Shown here in pieces: positions 40,217 to 50,336 of a stretch of DNA of 54,015 bases. The stretch lies in sequence record DRR723986_9408. One strand, 5' to 3'. How positions within the stretch are numbered: position 1 is the stretch's first letter; every line of letters starts with the position of its first letter. The notes beneath the pieces are model-generated. The model worked only from the letters and a program-made list of their open reading frames with translations. It was not told where the DNA came from and searched no databases. The position numbers and the translations under genes were made by a program.

Positions 40217-40861
40217 CTAGGCTTTAGGTTCAATGTAAGAACTTAGTAAAAACCGCTTCTTTGGAGGAATAGCTTTGCTGCTTGCAGCGATTTTCAAAAG
40301 CTCCTGATTTTTCTCTTTGGCAAAAACTAGTTGGAATAAATCAGCTACTGAGATACTATTCTCTGGGCGTTCAACCAGAATGAATTCATCATCTACGTCC
40401 ACATACCCTTCTTCCAAAATGCTGAGATAAGCTCCACCATATCCGTGCTGGATAAACTGCTTGATTACCTGTTGAGTCCCAAACTTATGCCCGAATTTAT
40501 AGCAAGGTTCACGATACTGAGAAACCTGAACCAGCGTTTCCCCAACTTTATAAATATCACCTAGATATACTTCATTTTCATCAAAACCGGAGACAGTCAG
40601 ATTTTCTCCAAACATGCCCCAAGACCAATCCAACTCTGGATACAAGGCTTTCCAATATGGATATTGCTCTGCCGAAAAGATATAGCAGGCTTTGTAATAA
40701 CCGCCATGATTTAGTCTATTGGAGACTTCATCGTTGATGACATCGTTTTTTGTAAGGTAGATGGGCTGTCCGGTAGGTTTTTTATAAATCCCGGTAGTTT
40801 CTTCTTTTCCGTTCCAGATAAAAGTGGTAGGCTTTCCAATGTTGGTTGAGATGATTTTCAT
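40217..40861 (-). CDS. MOSC-domain protein (YiiM-like)
   Basis: TGIYK, HGGYYKA, FGENLT and QYREPCYK (conserved Cys). Confidence 0.9.
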   Translation of the reverse strand: MKIISTNIGKPTTFIWNGKEETTGIYKKPTGQPIYLTKNDVINDEVSNRLNHGGYYKACYIFSAEQYPYWKALYPELDWSWGMFGENLTVSGFDENEVYLGDIYKVGETLVQVSQYREPCYKFGHKFGTQQVIKQFIQHGYGGAYLSILEEGYVDVDDEFILVERPENSISVADLFQLVFAKEKNQELLKIAASSKAIPPKKRFLLSSYIEPKA

Positions 40862-40948
40862 TCTAAAAATGCGCTTAATTGAATTTCAGACTAATTTATC
40901 ATGATTTTCGGGAAATTCTCAAAGTCTAGAAAGGGAACCAAAAAGCAG

Positions 40949-40956
40949 CAAATTTA
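40949..40956 (-). promoter_or_regulatory. Possible -7 promoter element for the MOSC gene
   Basis: TAAATTTG on the minus strand, about 90 nt upstream of the start. Confidence 0.35.
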
Positions 40957-41002
40957 GCCTTTGAGATTTTCCAAATAGAAGATTCAAAAATCTACCTCTT
41001 CA

Positions 41003-41836
41003 TCACCCCAAAATCTTATCGAACAACTGATGTGCCTGAGCCTCAGCTTGGGCAGAGAGAATTTTCTTTTCAGCTTTGAGCTCCTTCGCCCAATCCAGAT
41101 ACTTTTTAGAAACATCTTCTTTTGCACCCAAAAAATGCATCAACGACTGCAACGAAAGATGATTGGAATACCAAGGTTTCAAATTGTTTTTCAGCACTTC
41201 TATTTCCTCATGGATTCCTGCAATAAAAATAGGGTTGAAGCCCATCTCAATTAATGTGTTTTCCAACATGATGATGGTTCGCAGCCCTTCAAAAGTGTCT
41301 TTCAATGCCTTACTATCCATTGCGCCTTTGTGGTCTAAATTAAAAAACTCCAGTTCATCTTGTATGATCTGGTTGACGGCGGTGTGGATAGCCAACGGCT
41401 TTATGCCTCTGCTTGCCGCTTGGGCTTTATGGTGAAACTCGTCCCAGCTTTTCAGTGTGCTTCCTACGATCAAATCAAAAGCATCCGTATAAAGCTTCTT
41501 CTTGTATTTATCCAGGTGGATTCTATATCCATTGTACTTGATTCCCAGCGCTTGCTCCCGGTTATTCAAACTTTTCTCTGCTAATTTGAAATGATGAATT
41601 TTTCTCAGACTTCGCTTCATTTGCTTGAAATCTGAAAAAATATTGAAATTCAATCCTTCAATATCAAAGTGAACCTTAGCCATTAAGTCAGCATAAAGCT
41701 CCAAAAAATCCATTTTGCCAAGAAGTTCTATGGCTTTTTTAGATTTGATTTGCTTTCCCAAAACCAAGAAAAGCGCTTTAGCTTCCTGGTGTTGGGTTTC
41801 AAAAAGCTGAAAGACAGGGGATATCTTAGCCTGCAT
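41003..41836 (-). CDS. Helical hypothetical protein, possibly CHAD-domain-like
   Basis: 277 aa, Lys/Leu-rich and apparently all-helical with two-lobed repeat character. The family call is tentative. Confidence 0.5.
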   Translation of the reverse strand: MQAKISPVFQLFETQHQEAKALFLVLGKQIKSKKAIELLGKMDFLELYADLMAKVHFDIEGLNFNIFSDFKQMKRSLRKIHHFKLAEKSLNNREQALGIKYNGYRIHLDKYKKKLYTDAFDLIVGSTLKSWDEFHHKAQAASRGIKPLAIHTAVNQIIQDELEFFNLDHKGAMDSKALKDTFEGLRTIIMLENTLIEMGFNPIFIAGIHEEIEVLKNNLKPWYSNHLSLQSLMHFLGAKEDVSKKYLDWAKELKAEKKILSAQAEAQAHQLFDKILG

Positions 41837-41839
41837 AGT

Positions 41840-42790
41840 TTAGGAGATTCTGACAAGTGTTGCTCCATAGCCCCACTGGTCTTTTTGAGTATCCTGAAAA
41901 TACTTAATATTTTGATGCTGACTCAATCGCTTGTGAATTTCTTTGCGGAGCACGCCATTTCCGATGCCATGAATGAACGTGATCTCGTCCATTCCTGAAG
42001 CGATCGCCTGGTCTAAGTTTCTATCAAAAGCTTCCAATTGAACCCGAAGCATCTCCGAATTACTCATTCCTTTTGGATCAGTGGCTAGCTTTTCTATATG
42101 TAAATCAATTGATCTGGATGGTTTTACTGCCTTTGGAGTTTCAGTCTTTGGCCTGATTTCGTCTAGTTCCTGATTCAGCGCACGGATATCCAATTCTTTG
42201 GTTGTCTGCTCCAAGCCAAAAATGTATGCTGTTTTATCCAACCTTGGCGCTTTGCTCAGGTGTTTGAAAAACTGAGTAGGCTTCATCTTCAGCTGACGCT
42301 CGAAAGCTGGGATTGCCTTTTCCAAGGTGTTATGAATCGGAATAAAGCGAAGCAAGAATGCTGGCCATTCGTCCATTTCCTTAAGCATTCTATCGTCAAA
42401 TTTCTTTGCTTCGCCTGGATTTAGGGTAGCAGCAAGTAATGTTCGTTGATTGGTTCCGAAAACTTCTGATGCATGCGCCAAGTAAGGCTGACGACTGTCA
42501 TTGATCAGATAAAGGCTCAGACTTTGGTCATTGATTGGAAGAAAAGCGAGGTAGAGCCCTTGATCTTTTGGACCAGAAATAGGAATTGGAGTTTCGATTT
42601 CTTTCTCTTCTACAGCCTTTTCTCCAAAATGCTGTTTTTCAGTTTCGTGAATTAGTACCAGTTCTGATTTGAGGGCAGGAATGATGAATCCATCCTCGAT
42701 TTCGATTTGCATTCTACCACTAGCCGAAATTTTCCGGATGATTCCTTCTTCATTTCCATGTAGTAATCTTACTCGGTCTCCGATATTCAT
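41840..42790 (-). CDS. Smr-domain protein (Bacteroidota DUF2027-Smr type)
   Basis: N-terminal IGDRVRLL SH3-like start and C-terminal IDLHI...FIHGIGNGVLR...GYGAT. Confidence 0.9.
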   Translation of the reverse strand: MNIGDRVRLLHGNEEGIIRKISASGRMQIEIEDGFIIPALKSELVLIHETEKQHFGEKAVEEKEIETPIPISGPKDQGLYLAFLPINDQSLSLYLINDSRQPYLAHASEVFGTNQRTLLAATLNPGEAKKFDDRMLKEMDEWPAFLLRFIPIHNTLEKAIPAFERQLKMKPTQFFKHLSKAPRLDKTAYIFGLEQTTKELDIRALNQELDEIRPKTETPKAVKPSRSIDLHIEKLATDPKGMSNSEMLRVQLEAFDRNLDQAIASGMDEITFIHGIGNGVLRKEIHKRLSQHQNIKYFQDTQKDQWGYGATLVRIS

Positions 42791-44085
42791 TGATTCAGGG
42801 CTGATTTGTAGGTGTCGATTGCACGTTGCCTTGCAAATTTATGATCTACTATCGGTTTTGGGTACTTATCTGAGTTTATTTCAGGAATCCATTTTTTGAT
42901 GTACTTCCAGTTCTTGTCAAATTTCTCCTGCTGAGAACTCGGATTGAATACCCGGAAGTAAGGCTGCGCATCTGTTCCGGTCCCCGCTGCCCACTGCCAA
43001 CCGCCATTGTTAGAGGCCAATTCAAAGTCCAGTAATTTCTCTGCGAAGTATGCTTCCCCCCAGCGCCAGTCAATTAGGAGATGTTTGGTAAGAAAGGAAG
43101 CAACGACCATTCGCACGCGATTGTGCATGTAGCCAGTAGCATTGAGTTCACGCATACCGGCATCTACGATGGGATAGCCAGTTTTCCCTTCGCACCAAGC
43201 AGCAAATTCTTCTTCATTATTTCTCCATGGAATTTGATCGTAAGCGGGTTTGAAAGCTTTATCAACCACTTCAGGGTTAAATGCCAAAATCATCATGTAA
43301 AACTCCCGCCAGATTAATTCATTCAGATAAGTGGCGTTAAGTTCTTTAGCTTTCGATGCAAGTTGTCGAATAGAAATTGTGCCAAAGCGTAAATGAATAC
43401 CAAGTCTTGATGTGCCGTTTTTGGCAGGGAAATCTCGTGTTTCATTGTAATGTGCGATGATTTCTTCATCTGCAGTTTTGGAAGGAATAGAGATGTCACT
43501 TTTTTCAAAGCCGATTTCCTTCAAAGTTGGGAGTGGGAATTCCTCCATTTGAAGCAGATTTTTCCAATGCATAGGTTTGAATGCCTCGAGCATGGAAGGA
43601 TTTAGCTTACTCAGCCAAACTTTGCTGAAGGGAGTGAAGACCTTATAAAATTCCCCAGACCCGTTCAGAATTTCTCCAGGCTCAAAGATTAATTGGTCTT
43701 TGTATTGATGTAATTCAATATCCTGCTTGTTCAGCAACCTAGCTACTTTCTCATCCCTACTTTTGGCATAGGGCTCATAGTCCCGATTGGTGTATACAGC
43801 TTGTATGTCGTATTCTTGAAGGAGCTCTTTGTAAATGCTCTCAGGGTCACCGTATTTGATTAGCAGAGAAGATCCTTTTTTGCCTAGTTCTCCATGGATT
43901 TTACTAATCTGATCGTAAATGAATTCCACTCGCGCATCGGTCTTATCTTCTAATTTATCAAGTATGTTCTTGTCAAAAATGAATAGTGGTAAGACATGCT
44001 CACCTTCACCTAGGGCTTTAAATAATCCATGGTTATCTTCTAATCTAAGGTCTCTTCTAAACCAGAAAATGCTGACTTTTTTCAT
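42787..44085 (-). CDS. phrB: Deoxyribodipyrimidine photolyase (class I/III CPD photolyase)
   Basis: WFRRDLRLEDN, TSRLG, ELIWREFY, GKTGYPIVDAGMR, MHNRVRM and NNGGWQW. True start is ATG at 44085; the stop overlaps the Smr start by 4 nt. Confidence 0.93.
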   Translation of the reverse strand: MKKVSIFWFRRDLRLEDNHGLFKALGEGEHVLPLFIFDKNILDKLEDKTDARVEFIYDQISKIHGELGKKGSSLLIKYGDPESIYKELLQEYDIQAVYTNRDYEPYAKSRDEKVARLLNKQDIELHQYKDQLIFEPGEILNGSGEFYKVFTPFSKVWLSKLNPSMLEAFKPMHWKNLLQMEEFPLPTLKEIGFEKSDISIPSKTADEEIIAHYNETRDFPAKNGTSRLGIHLRFGTISIRQLASKAKELNATYLNELIWREFYMMILAFNPEVVDKAFKPAYDQIPWRNNEEEFAAWCEGKTGYPIVDAGMRELNATGYMHNRVRMVVASFLTKHLLIDWRWGEAYFAEKLLDFELASNNGGWQWAAGTGTDAQPYFRVFNPSSQQEKFDKNWKYIKKWIPEINSDKYPKPIVDHKFARQRAIDTYKSALNQ

Positions 44086-44146
44086 TGGGATTTTATTAAA
44101 GTAATAGTGTGAATGGGGTGATTGTTTAGAGTTTTTACATTTTGGT

Positions 44147-44241
44147 ATTTCCTGCAGATTTACGTGGATCAAAAATGCGGGTAGCTGCAGATTTCATATA
44201 GTTCTATTTTTAGTGAAAATCAGCGACAATCAGCGGGAAAT
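44147..44241. repeat. Degenerate inverted-repeat element (CCGCAGAT-type)
   Basis: ATTTCCTGCAGATTTACGTGGAT versus ATTTCCCGCTGATTGTCGCTGAT (reverse complement of the right end). An extra GCAGATTT copy lies inside. Confidence 0.45.
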
Positions 44242-44242
44242 T

Positions 44243-47200
44243 TTACTCAAAACTCCCTTCTTTCAATAGCTTAAACCTTCTTTCGCGATTCAGGGAGTCA
44301 AGCCTTTCTTCTATATTATCAAGTTCAATTTTTTCCCATTCTGTTTTATTTTCAAACTGGTAGCGCAAGAAATCATCCTGATCATTTATCATCAATTTTT
44401 CTTTTTTCTTACGGGTGATTTTATTGAACAACTCCGAAAAGGAATTAAAAGAAACACTTTGAGATACAGCAACGCCATAGGTAGAGACGTTTTTCGACAG
44501 AGAAAGCGAGGTAAATGTATTGAAGTTATTTCTGTTGAAAATTCTGATTCTGTACACCCCATCCTCGGTAAGCATGTATTCAGCTTGCCAATCACCAATG
44601 ATGGATGATGCACTGGCATTTCCCTGATTATTGGTAAAACCACCATCTCTAGATACGCGGAGGCGTCCATCTAGGAAAGTGTAGGCAACACTAAGTTGGA
44701 AGGTTTCTAATGCATTTTGATCCAAACTCGCTACATCCAAATCAACTTCGAGATTTTTATCTACCTGGCCAAGAAAACTATTGAGCTGTGAGGATAGCAA
44801 TTGTCCCAAACTGGATGAAATATTGGAAACACCGGAAAATTGTCCCTCTGGGGAGAAAGATCGTGTCATAATTACAGAGAAGACCTGACGGTTCATTTCC
44901 TGCTCATCATTTGCAATCTTATTCTGGAAAGAGGAGATGGTCGTTTGGGTTTCACCGCTGGACGGGAATTCTGAAAAATCAAATCCAAAACTAATGTCAG
45001 GAGATAGTAATTGTCCATCCAGATTCAGCAACACTTTGACTGGGTATCGGCGAGTGGCTGTAGTACTTTGATTAGTCTGAGTGACCGAGCTTAGAAGTAG
45101 AGGCTGCAAAGATACACTTTCAGTATATTCTGCTGAAATGTCCATTATTCCACTATAGGGGTCTCCATACCATGTAATTCTACCGCCAGGTTTGATGCTG
45201 AATTGCTTTTTCACCACATTATAAAGGGAGAAATTATACATGCCCTCCGTGATTTCGTAGGTGCCATTTAGCGTGAAATTCCCTTGTGTGTCCACATTCA
45301 TTGTCAAAACTCCACGCCCTCGCCCGGATATACCTTCCTCTGTTCGGGGATCGATTATTATTTCAGCATAGGCATCAGGGGTTATGTCAAGCACGAAATT
45401 CATCCGTACATTTTCTATTTCCAATCGATTAATCTCCTCGGCGATTTGCTGAATCCGAACAGTGTCTTGGATATTGATCATATGGATAAAATCCTCCTGA
45501 GCCTGTGTGTTACTGCTGGTTAATGGGATATAAATCCTCGTATTTGGCTGGCTGGTAGCTCGTGCATTGATATCCAGGTTTTTAATGGTGCCTACAGCTT
45601 CAAGGGTGCCTGAGACGAATGCTGTACCGTAAAAGGTTTCATTGTCCTCATCTGTAGTATTCATCACCTGGAGATTGTTTAGGTTGGCTCTAATGTCCAA
45701 ACGGATGTTAGAGAAGCCTTGGTGATTTATGCCTCCGGAGAGCGTGGCTTGATTGCCAAAAAGATCTCGCATAGAAACTTGCTGAAGGCTGATTTGATTA
45801 GGTCTGAAAAGTATATCTCCGTTAAGTAAATAGGTGGTTTTAAGATAGTTGACAGTCATTCTTCCATTGTTCAATCTTCCCGTGCCCTCCACTCTAGGTG
45901 TAGCCATCGTCCCTCCCAAGTTTAATTTACCAGAAATACTGCCTCCCATTCCTGATAAGTAGTTGGATAAAAATGGTTCAAGAATTACTAAGCTTGCTTC
46001 ATTCAAAGACGCCTGCATATTCAGTTCTTGATTTTCTGTGAGAATGTATCCACCGATGTTGATCGTTTCTTTTCCTTGATTAACATTAGTAAGGGAAACT
46101 TGCAATCGCTCTAAATCCAAATTAGCCTTTGCACTCATGTCACCTATTGGAAACTGGTTAATAGCGAATTCATTTAGACGGAATTCTCCTTGCATCAAAG
46201 GTCTATCGAATAGTTGTTCAAAAGATATAAGACCATTGGCAATACCGTCGAAGTCCTGCGGGAAAAGTGTGTTGAGTAGATCAATATTTACATTTTCTAC
46301 CAATAGATTCAATCTATCCTCAGCCTTGTTGCTCGCAGTGCCTTGGATGGAAATAGACTGGTTTTCATTGAATATCTTTAGGCTATCAACTTGTATTAAT
46401 CCAGGAGTAATTGTGATTAGATTCAAAGAGTCAAATTTCCATTCCCGATCAAGTACTTTCAGTGAAGAAGGTTCAAATGACAGTTGGGTATTCTGGCTGG
46501 AGAATTTGGCTACCGCATTGACTCTGGCAGCACTCTGAGTAGAATCTTGATCCAATGTAAGATCTATATCCATTTGGTTTTGGTCCCAAATGGCTTCAAA
46601 CCCAAAATTGGTAAATTGTAGGGATTTGCCTAATTCCTGTGATTTTGAATAGACATAAAAGGAGGCTAGAATGTCTGGGCTATTAATGATTTTTGAAGTG
46701 TTAAAATCTATATTAATGTTTTGAGCAGAGTTGGTTTTATACTTCAACGTATCAATGCTTGTAAAAAAATTAAAGACTGTATTCTCAGCTGTTTGATAAA
46801 ATGCCCCCTCGAGAACCATGTTTTTAGACAGACTTAAATCAGGCTCAAAAAGCTGAACAATTGGGTTGATATTGATAAGTCGGAGATTCAAATCCAGGTT
46901 ATAAATCTCAGAGAAATTGCGCTCCAGATCAGCTATTGGCTGCTCCTCGTTCAGCATAATTGCGATGTACTGATTAAGGAGAATGTCTAGATCTCTACTC
47001 ATTTGCTCCAGATTGAATTGTCCCGAAGCTGCAGCAACTAAGTAATCAGAATTTATTGACATGGTTCGAGTGCCTCCTGCAAAAAGAGATTGGAAATTGA
47101 AGCTTCCTAGCTCCAAAAGTCTATCCTCGTAACCGACGACAATATTTCGGAATCTAGCAATTCCCTGAATGTCATCTAGCTCTATTCCTTTTACATCTAT

Positions 47201-48853
47201 ATCTAGATTTCCACTGATGAAGGCTGCCTTTTCGGTAAGATTCAATCGATCCAGAAATGCCGTATCAATTTCCAAGCTCATCCTGACAGAGTCTGTTGAT
47301 TCCCGAAGATTCACCTCACCGTTTGCATTGATTTTGAAATTCGGGTCTTTAACTGCTAGGTTACCTTTGAATAGATCCCTACCATAGGTTGCATCAGTTT
47401 TGATGTTGGTGTATTGGTAGTTTTTGAACCCAAATTTGCTCACATCTGCATCCACATCCAGCAGCAAGTTTGCTATGGAATTACCGGTGGTGGTGATGCG
47501 CCCATTGAGGCTTACTTTTTGAAATAGATCCCGATCTTCGGCAATTATTCCAAGATCTAGATTTTGGGTTGTGATATTTGAAACAGTTTTTGGCAGTCCA
47601 TCTACCATTTCAAAACTCACCCTGCCAGTAATGTCACCAATTGAAGTTTTGAAATCACCATTGGTATCAAAGCGATGCAAATAACCCGCAAAATCAGCTG
47701 TGAGCCGTACAGTATTGAATTTGTTGATTTCTTTGGAAATATTGATCGGCAAATATGGAGCTAAATCTTTAGCTAAAATTGTAGAGTTTTTGAGTGATAA
47801 ATTAATATAGGTATCATCAATATCTGGTAAACCATCTAGTCTAAATGCTCCGAAAATTGCTGTTTTTTCACCAAGCCTAATTAGGAATTCTTCTGATCTT
47901 AGATCTGATACTGGGCCAGCAATTTTTCCGGATAGATAGATTTCATCATCAATATCAGGAAGAGATGGAGCGAAAAGTTTTAAATCACCCAAGTCTAACT
48001 TGGTTTCATCAAAATTAGTGATGACGACAACTTCCTCTTCAAAATTGGAAAATGCTGAAGGTGTGGCGTATTCAAAACGGAGGAAGTTTTTGACATGACT
48101 ATTGATTGATTTTAGGCTTAGCCTGTCAAACTCCATGAATTCAGGCCCATATTTCATATTGGTTTTGAGTTCCATAATCTCAAAACCCGATGTGAGTTCA
48201 GTGCCTGTAAGCATTTTAATATCTGCACCGATCTCCGGACCTTCCAAGTAAAAGTTAGAAGCATTTAAAGTGATGTCTGAAAAACGCAGTCTATTGTAAT
48301 CCAGGCCTTTCGTGATCGCATCGGTGATCTCATTTACAATAAATATTTCAGAGTTTCTGAGCTCTACGCTATTGATTTTAAACTGTGTGGGTCCTGTACT
48401 CGTACTACTCGAACTAAACATGTTTGATAGTTCTTCCACCCATAGATTGATATTCATTGCAGAATCACCATCATGGGTTAGTAGATGCAGCTTTGCATCT
48501 TCCATTCGGACTTCATTAATAGTGGTGATTCCTGGTGGAATTAGCGAAAGCAACTCGAAGTCTGCATTGATCTTTTTGGCACCAATCATCAAACTATCCC
48601 GATGATCTCTAATAATAACATCGTCTAACTCAAGTGCATCCCACCAAGTGAGTCTGATCTTACCGATCTCTGTGTGGAAATTTGAATTATTATTGAGAAT
48701 GCCTGTTACAGAATTAATTGCCACATTTTGAACCCAAGTGATCTGTAAACTCAGAGCCACCACAATAAAAAACATAACTAATGAAAAGACGATCCAAAGT
48801 ATTACCCGAAACGCTTTGTGCAAAAAATCCTTAACTTTCGCGTTCTTTTCCAA
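44243..48853 (-). CDS. tamB: Translocation and assembly module TamB (AsmA-like)
   Basis: 1536 aa, N-terminal anchor helix (…LQITWVQN), repeated beta-strand pattern and C-terminal TamB/DUF490-like region (GRITWYGDP, DEQEMNRQVFS). TTG start. Confidence 0.85.
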   Translation of the reverse strand: MEKNAKVKDFLHKAFRVILWIVFSLVMFFIVVALSLQITWVQNVAINSVTGILNNNSNFHTEIGKIRLTWWDALELDDVIIRDHRDSLMIGAKKINADFELLSLIPPGITTINEVRMEDAKLHLLTHDGDSAMNINLWVEELSNMFSSSSTSTGPTQFKINSVELRNSEIFIVNEITDAITKGLDYNRLRFSDITLNASNFYLEGPEIGADIKMLTGTELTSGFEIMELKTNMKYGPEFMEFDRLSLKSINSHVKNFLRFEYATPSAFSNFEEEVVVITNFDETKLDLGDLKLFAPSLPDIDDEIYLSGKIAGPVSDLRSEEFLIRLGEKTAIFGAFRLDGLPDIDDTYINLSLKNSTILAKDLAPYLPINISKEINKFNTVRLTADFAGYLHRFDTNGDFKTSIGDITGRVSFEMVDGLPKTVSNITTQNLDLGIIAEDRDLFQKVSLNGRITTTGNSIANLLLDVDADVSKFGFKNYQYTNIKTDATYGRDLFKGNLAVKDPNFKINANGEVNLRESTDSVRMSLEIDTAFLDRLNLTEKAAFISGNLDIDVKGIELDDIQGIARFRNIVVGYEDRLLELGSFNFQSLFAGGTRTMSINSDYLVAAASGQFNLEQMSRDLDILLNQYIAIMLNEEQPIADLERNFSEIYNLDLNLRLININPIVQLFEPDLSLSKNMVLEGAFYQTAENTVFNFFTSIDTLKYKTNSAQNINIDFNTSKIINSPDILASFYVYSKSQELGKSLQFTNFGFEAIWDQNQMDIDLTLDQDSTQSAARVNAVAKFSSQNTQLSFEPSSLKVLDREWKFDSLNLITITPGLIQVDSLKIFNENQSISIQGTASNKAEDRLNLLVENVNIDLLNTLFPQDFDGIANGLISFEQLFDRPLMQGEFRLNEFAINQFPIGDMSAKANLDLERLQVSLTNVNQGKETINIGGYILTENQELNMQASLNEASLVILEPFLSNYLSGMGGSISGKLNLGGTMATPRVEGTGRLNNGRMTVNYLKTTYLLNGDILFRPNQISLQQVSMRDLFGNQATLSGGINHQGFSNIRLDIRANLNNLQVMNTTDEDNETFYGTAFVSGTLEAVGTIKNLDINARATSQPNTRIYIPLTSSNTQAQEDFIHMINIQDTVRIQQIAEEINRLEIENVRMNFVLDITPDAYAEIIIDPRTEEGISGRGRGVLTMNVDTQGNFTLNGTYEITEGMYNFSLYNVVKKQFSIKPGGRITWYGDPYSGIMDISAEYTESVSLQPLLLSSVTQTNQSTTATRRYPVKVLLNLDGQLLSPDISFGFDFSEFPSSGETQTTISSFQNKIANDEQEMNRQVFSVIMTRSFSPEGQFSGVSNISSSLGQLLSSQLNSFLGQVDKNLEVDLDVASLDQNALETFQLSVAYTFLDGRLRVSRDGGFTNNQGNASASSIIGDWQAEYMLTEDGVYRIRIFNRNNFNTFTSLSLSKNVSTYGVAVSQSVSFNSFSELFNKITRKKKEKLMINDQDDFLRYQFENKTEWEKIELDNIEERLDSLNRERRFKLLKEGSFE

Positions 48854-49866
48854 TGGGTACCAACGATATCTTTATTCTAGCAATTGAATCCTCGTGTGAC
48901 GAGACCTCTGCGGCTGTTATAGCTGACGGCAAAGTACTTAATAATATTGTCGCTACACAATCTGTTCACGAAAAATATGGGGGGGTAGTTCCGGAGCTTG
49001 CGTCACGCGCACACCAGGAAAACCTGATCCCTGTAGTTCAGGAGGCCATTTTGTCATCTGGGATTTCCAAAGATCAACTTTCAGCCGTAGCATTCACTCG
49101 GGGTCCCGGATTAATGGGTTCCTTACTTGTGGGAGTGAGTTTTGCAAAGGCATTCGCTTTTGCAAAAAGGATCCCACTCATTGAAGTCAACCACATGAAT
49201 GCGCATATTTTGGCGCATTTTATAGAAGATCCCAAGCCGAATTTTCCCTTTATCTGTTTGACTGTGAGTGGTGGCCATACACAATTGGTCCTGGTGAAAG
49301 ATCCACTGGATATGAAAGTGATAGGAGAGACACAGGATGATGCAGTCGGTGAGGCATTTGATAAAACAGCCAAGCTGCTGGGATTGCCTTATCCGGGAGG
49401 TCCACTTATTGACAAATATGCTACTGAAGGCAATCCGAAAGCTTTTCAGTTTCCGATCACCAGAATGCCTGAATTGAATTACTCATTCAGTGGAATTAAG
49501 ACGGCTGTACTTTATTTTCTTCGCGATCAACTGAAAGAAAATCCGAAGTTTATCGAAGAGAATTTAGCAGATCTGTGCGCTAGCATTCAGTATTCATTGG
49601 TAGAGATGCTCTTGATAAAGTTGAAAGCGGCGGTCAAGCAGTATGGGGTGAAGGAAGTAGCAATCGCTGGTGGAGTTTCTGCCAACTCAGGATTGAGGGA
49701 TACGTTGACTAAGTTGGCAGCACAAAAAGGCTGGAACCTGTACATTCCAAAATTTGAATATTGTACAGACAACGCGGCCATGATTGCCATGGCAGCACAT
49801 TACAAATATCTGAAAGGAGAATTTTCATCTATGGATGTAGCTCCTCTCGCAAAAATGAAAATTTAA
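48853..49866 (+). CDS. tsaD: tRNA N6-adenosine threonylcarbamoyltransferase
   Basis: [48 protein letters not shown] and CTDNAAMIA. Confidence 0.98.
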   Translation: MGTNDIFILAIESSCDETSAAVIADGKVLNNIVATQSVHEKYGGVVPELASRAHQENLIPVVQEAILSSGISKDQLSAVAFTRGPGLMGSLLVGVSFAKAFAFAKRIPLIEVNHMNAHILAHFIEDPKPNFPFICLTVSGGHTQLVLVKDPLDMKVIGETQDDAVGEAFDKTAKLLGLPYPGGPLIDKYATEGNPKAFQFPITRMPELNYSFSGIKTAVLYFLRDQLKENPKFIEENLADLCASIQYSLVEMLLIKLKAAVKQYGVKEVAIAGGVSANSGLRDTLTKLAAQKGWNLYIPKFEYCTDNAAMIAMAAHYKYLKGEFSSMDVAPLAKMKI

Positions 49867-49868
49867 GC

Positions 49869-50336
49869 ATGGCTAAGGATAATAAGTTTGACAAAGTCAT
49901 CAACATAAAAAACAGAAAAGCAAGTTTTCAGTTTGAATTTGTAGATACCTACGTGGCTGGTATGGTGCTGAAGGGGACCGAAATTAAGTCTATAAGAGAA
50001 GGGAAAGTGTCCCTGACTGAGGCTTTCTGCATTTTCCTGGATGGAGAGCTTTATGTACGTCAGATGCACATTGCACCTTATTCCATGGCAGCTAGCTATA
50101 ATCATGTGGCTATTCGTGATAGAAAGTTGCTTTTGAGCAAAAAAGAACTGGAAAAACTCGAAACTAAGTCACAGGAAAAAGGGCTGACTATCATTCCTGT
50201 TCGTATATTTATCAACGACCGAGGGATGGCAAAAATGGAGATTGCGCTTGGCCGAGGTAAAAAATCACACGACAAACGACAGGACTTGAAGGAAAAAGAT
50301 GCAAAAAGAGAAATCCAGCGAATGGCCTTTGATTGA
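49869..50336 (+). CDS. smpB: SsrA-binding protein
   Basis: [24 protein letters not shown] and GKKSHDKR. True start is ATG 49869 (MAKDNK), 2 nt after the tsaD stop. Confidence 0.97.
   Translation: MAKDNKFDKVINIKNRKASFQFEFVDTYVAGMVLKGTEIKSIREGKVSLTEAFCIFLDGELYVRQMHIAPYSMAASYNHVAIRDRKLLLSKKELEKLETKSQEKGLTIIPVRIFINDRGMAKMEIALGRGKKSHDKRQDLKEKDAKREIQRMAFD

Noticed and set aside
44086-44172. N-terminal extension of the photolyase ORF
   Set aside because: The family-typical start is MKKVSIFWFRRDLR at 44085; the extension runs into a repeat element.
49761-49868. N-terminal extension of SmpB
   Set aside because: It overlaps the tsaD coding end; ATG 49869 gives a normal 155-aa SmpB.
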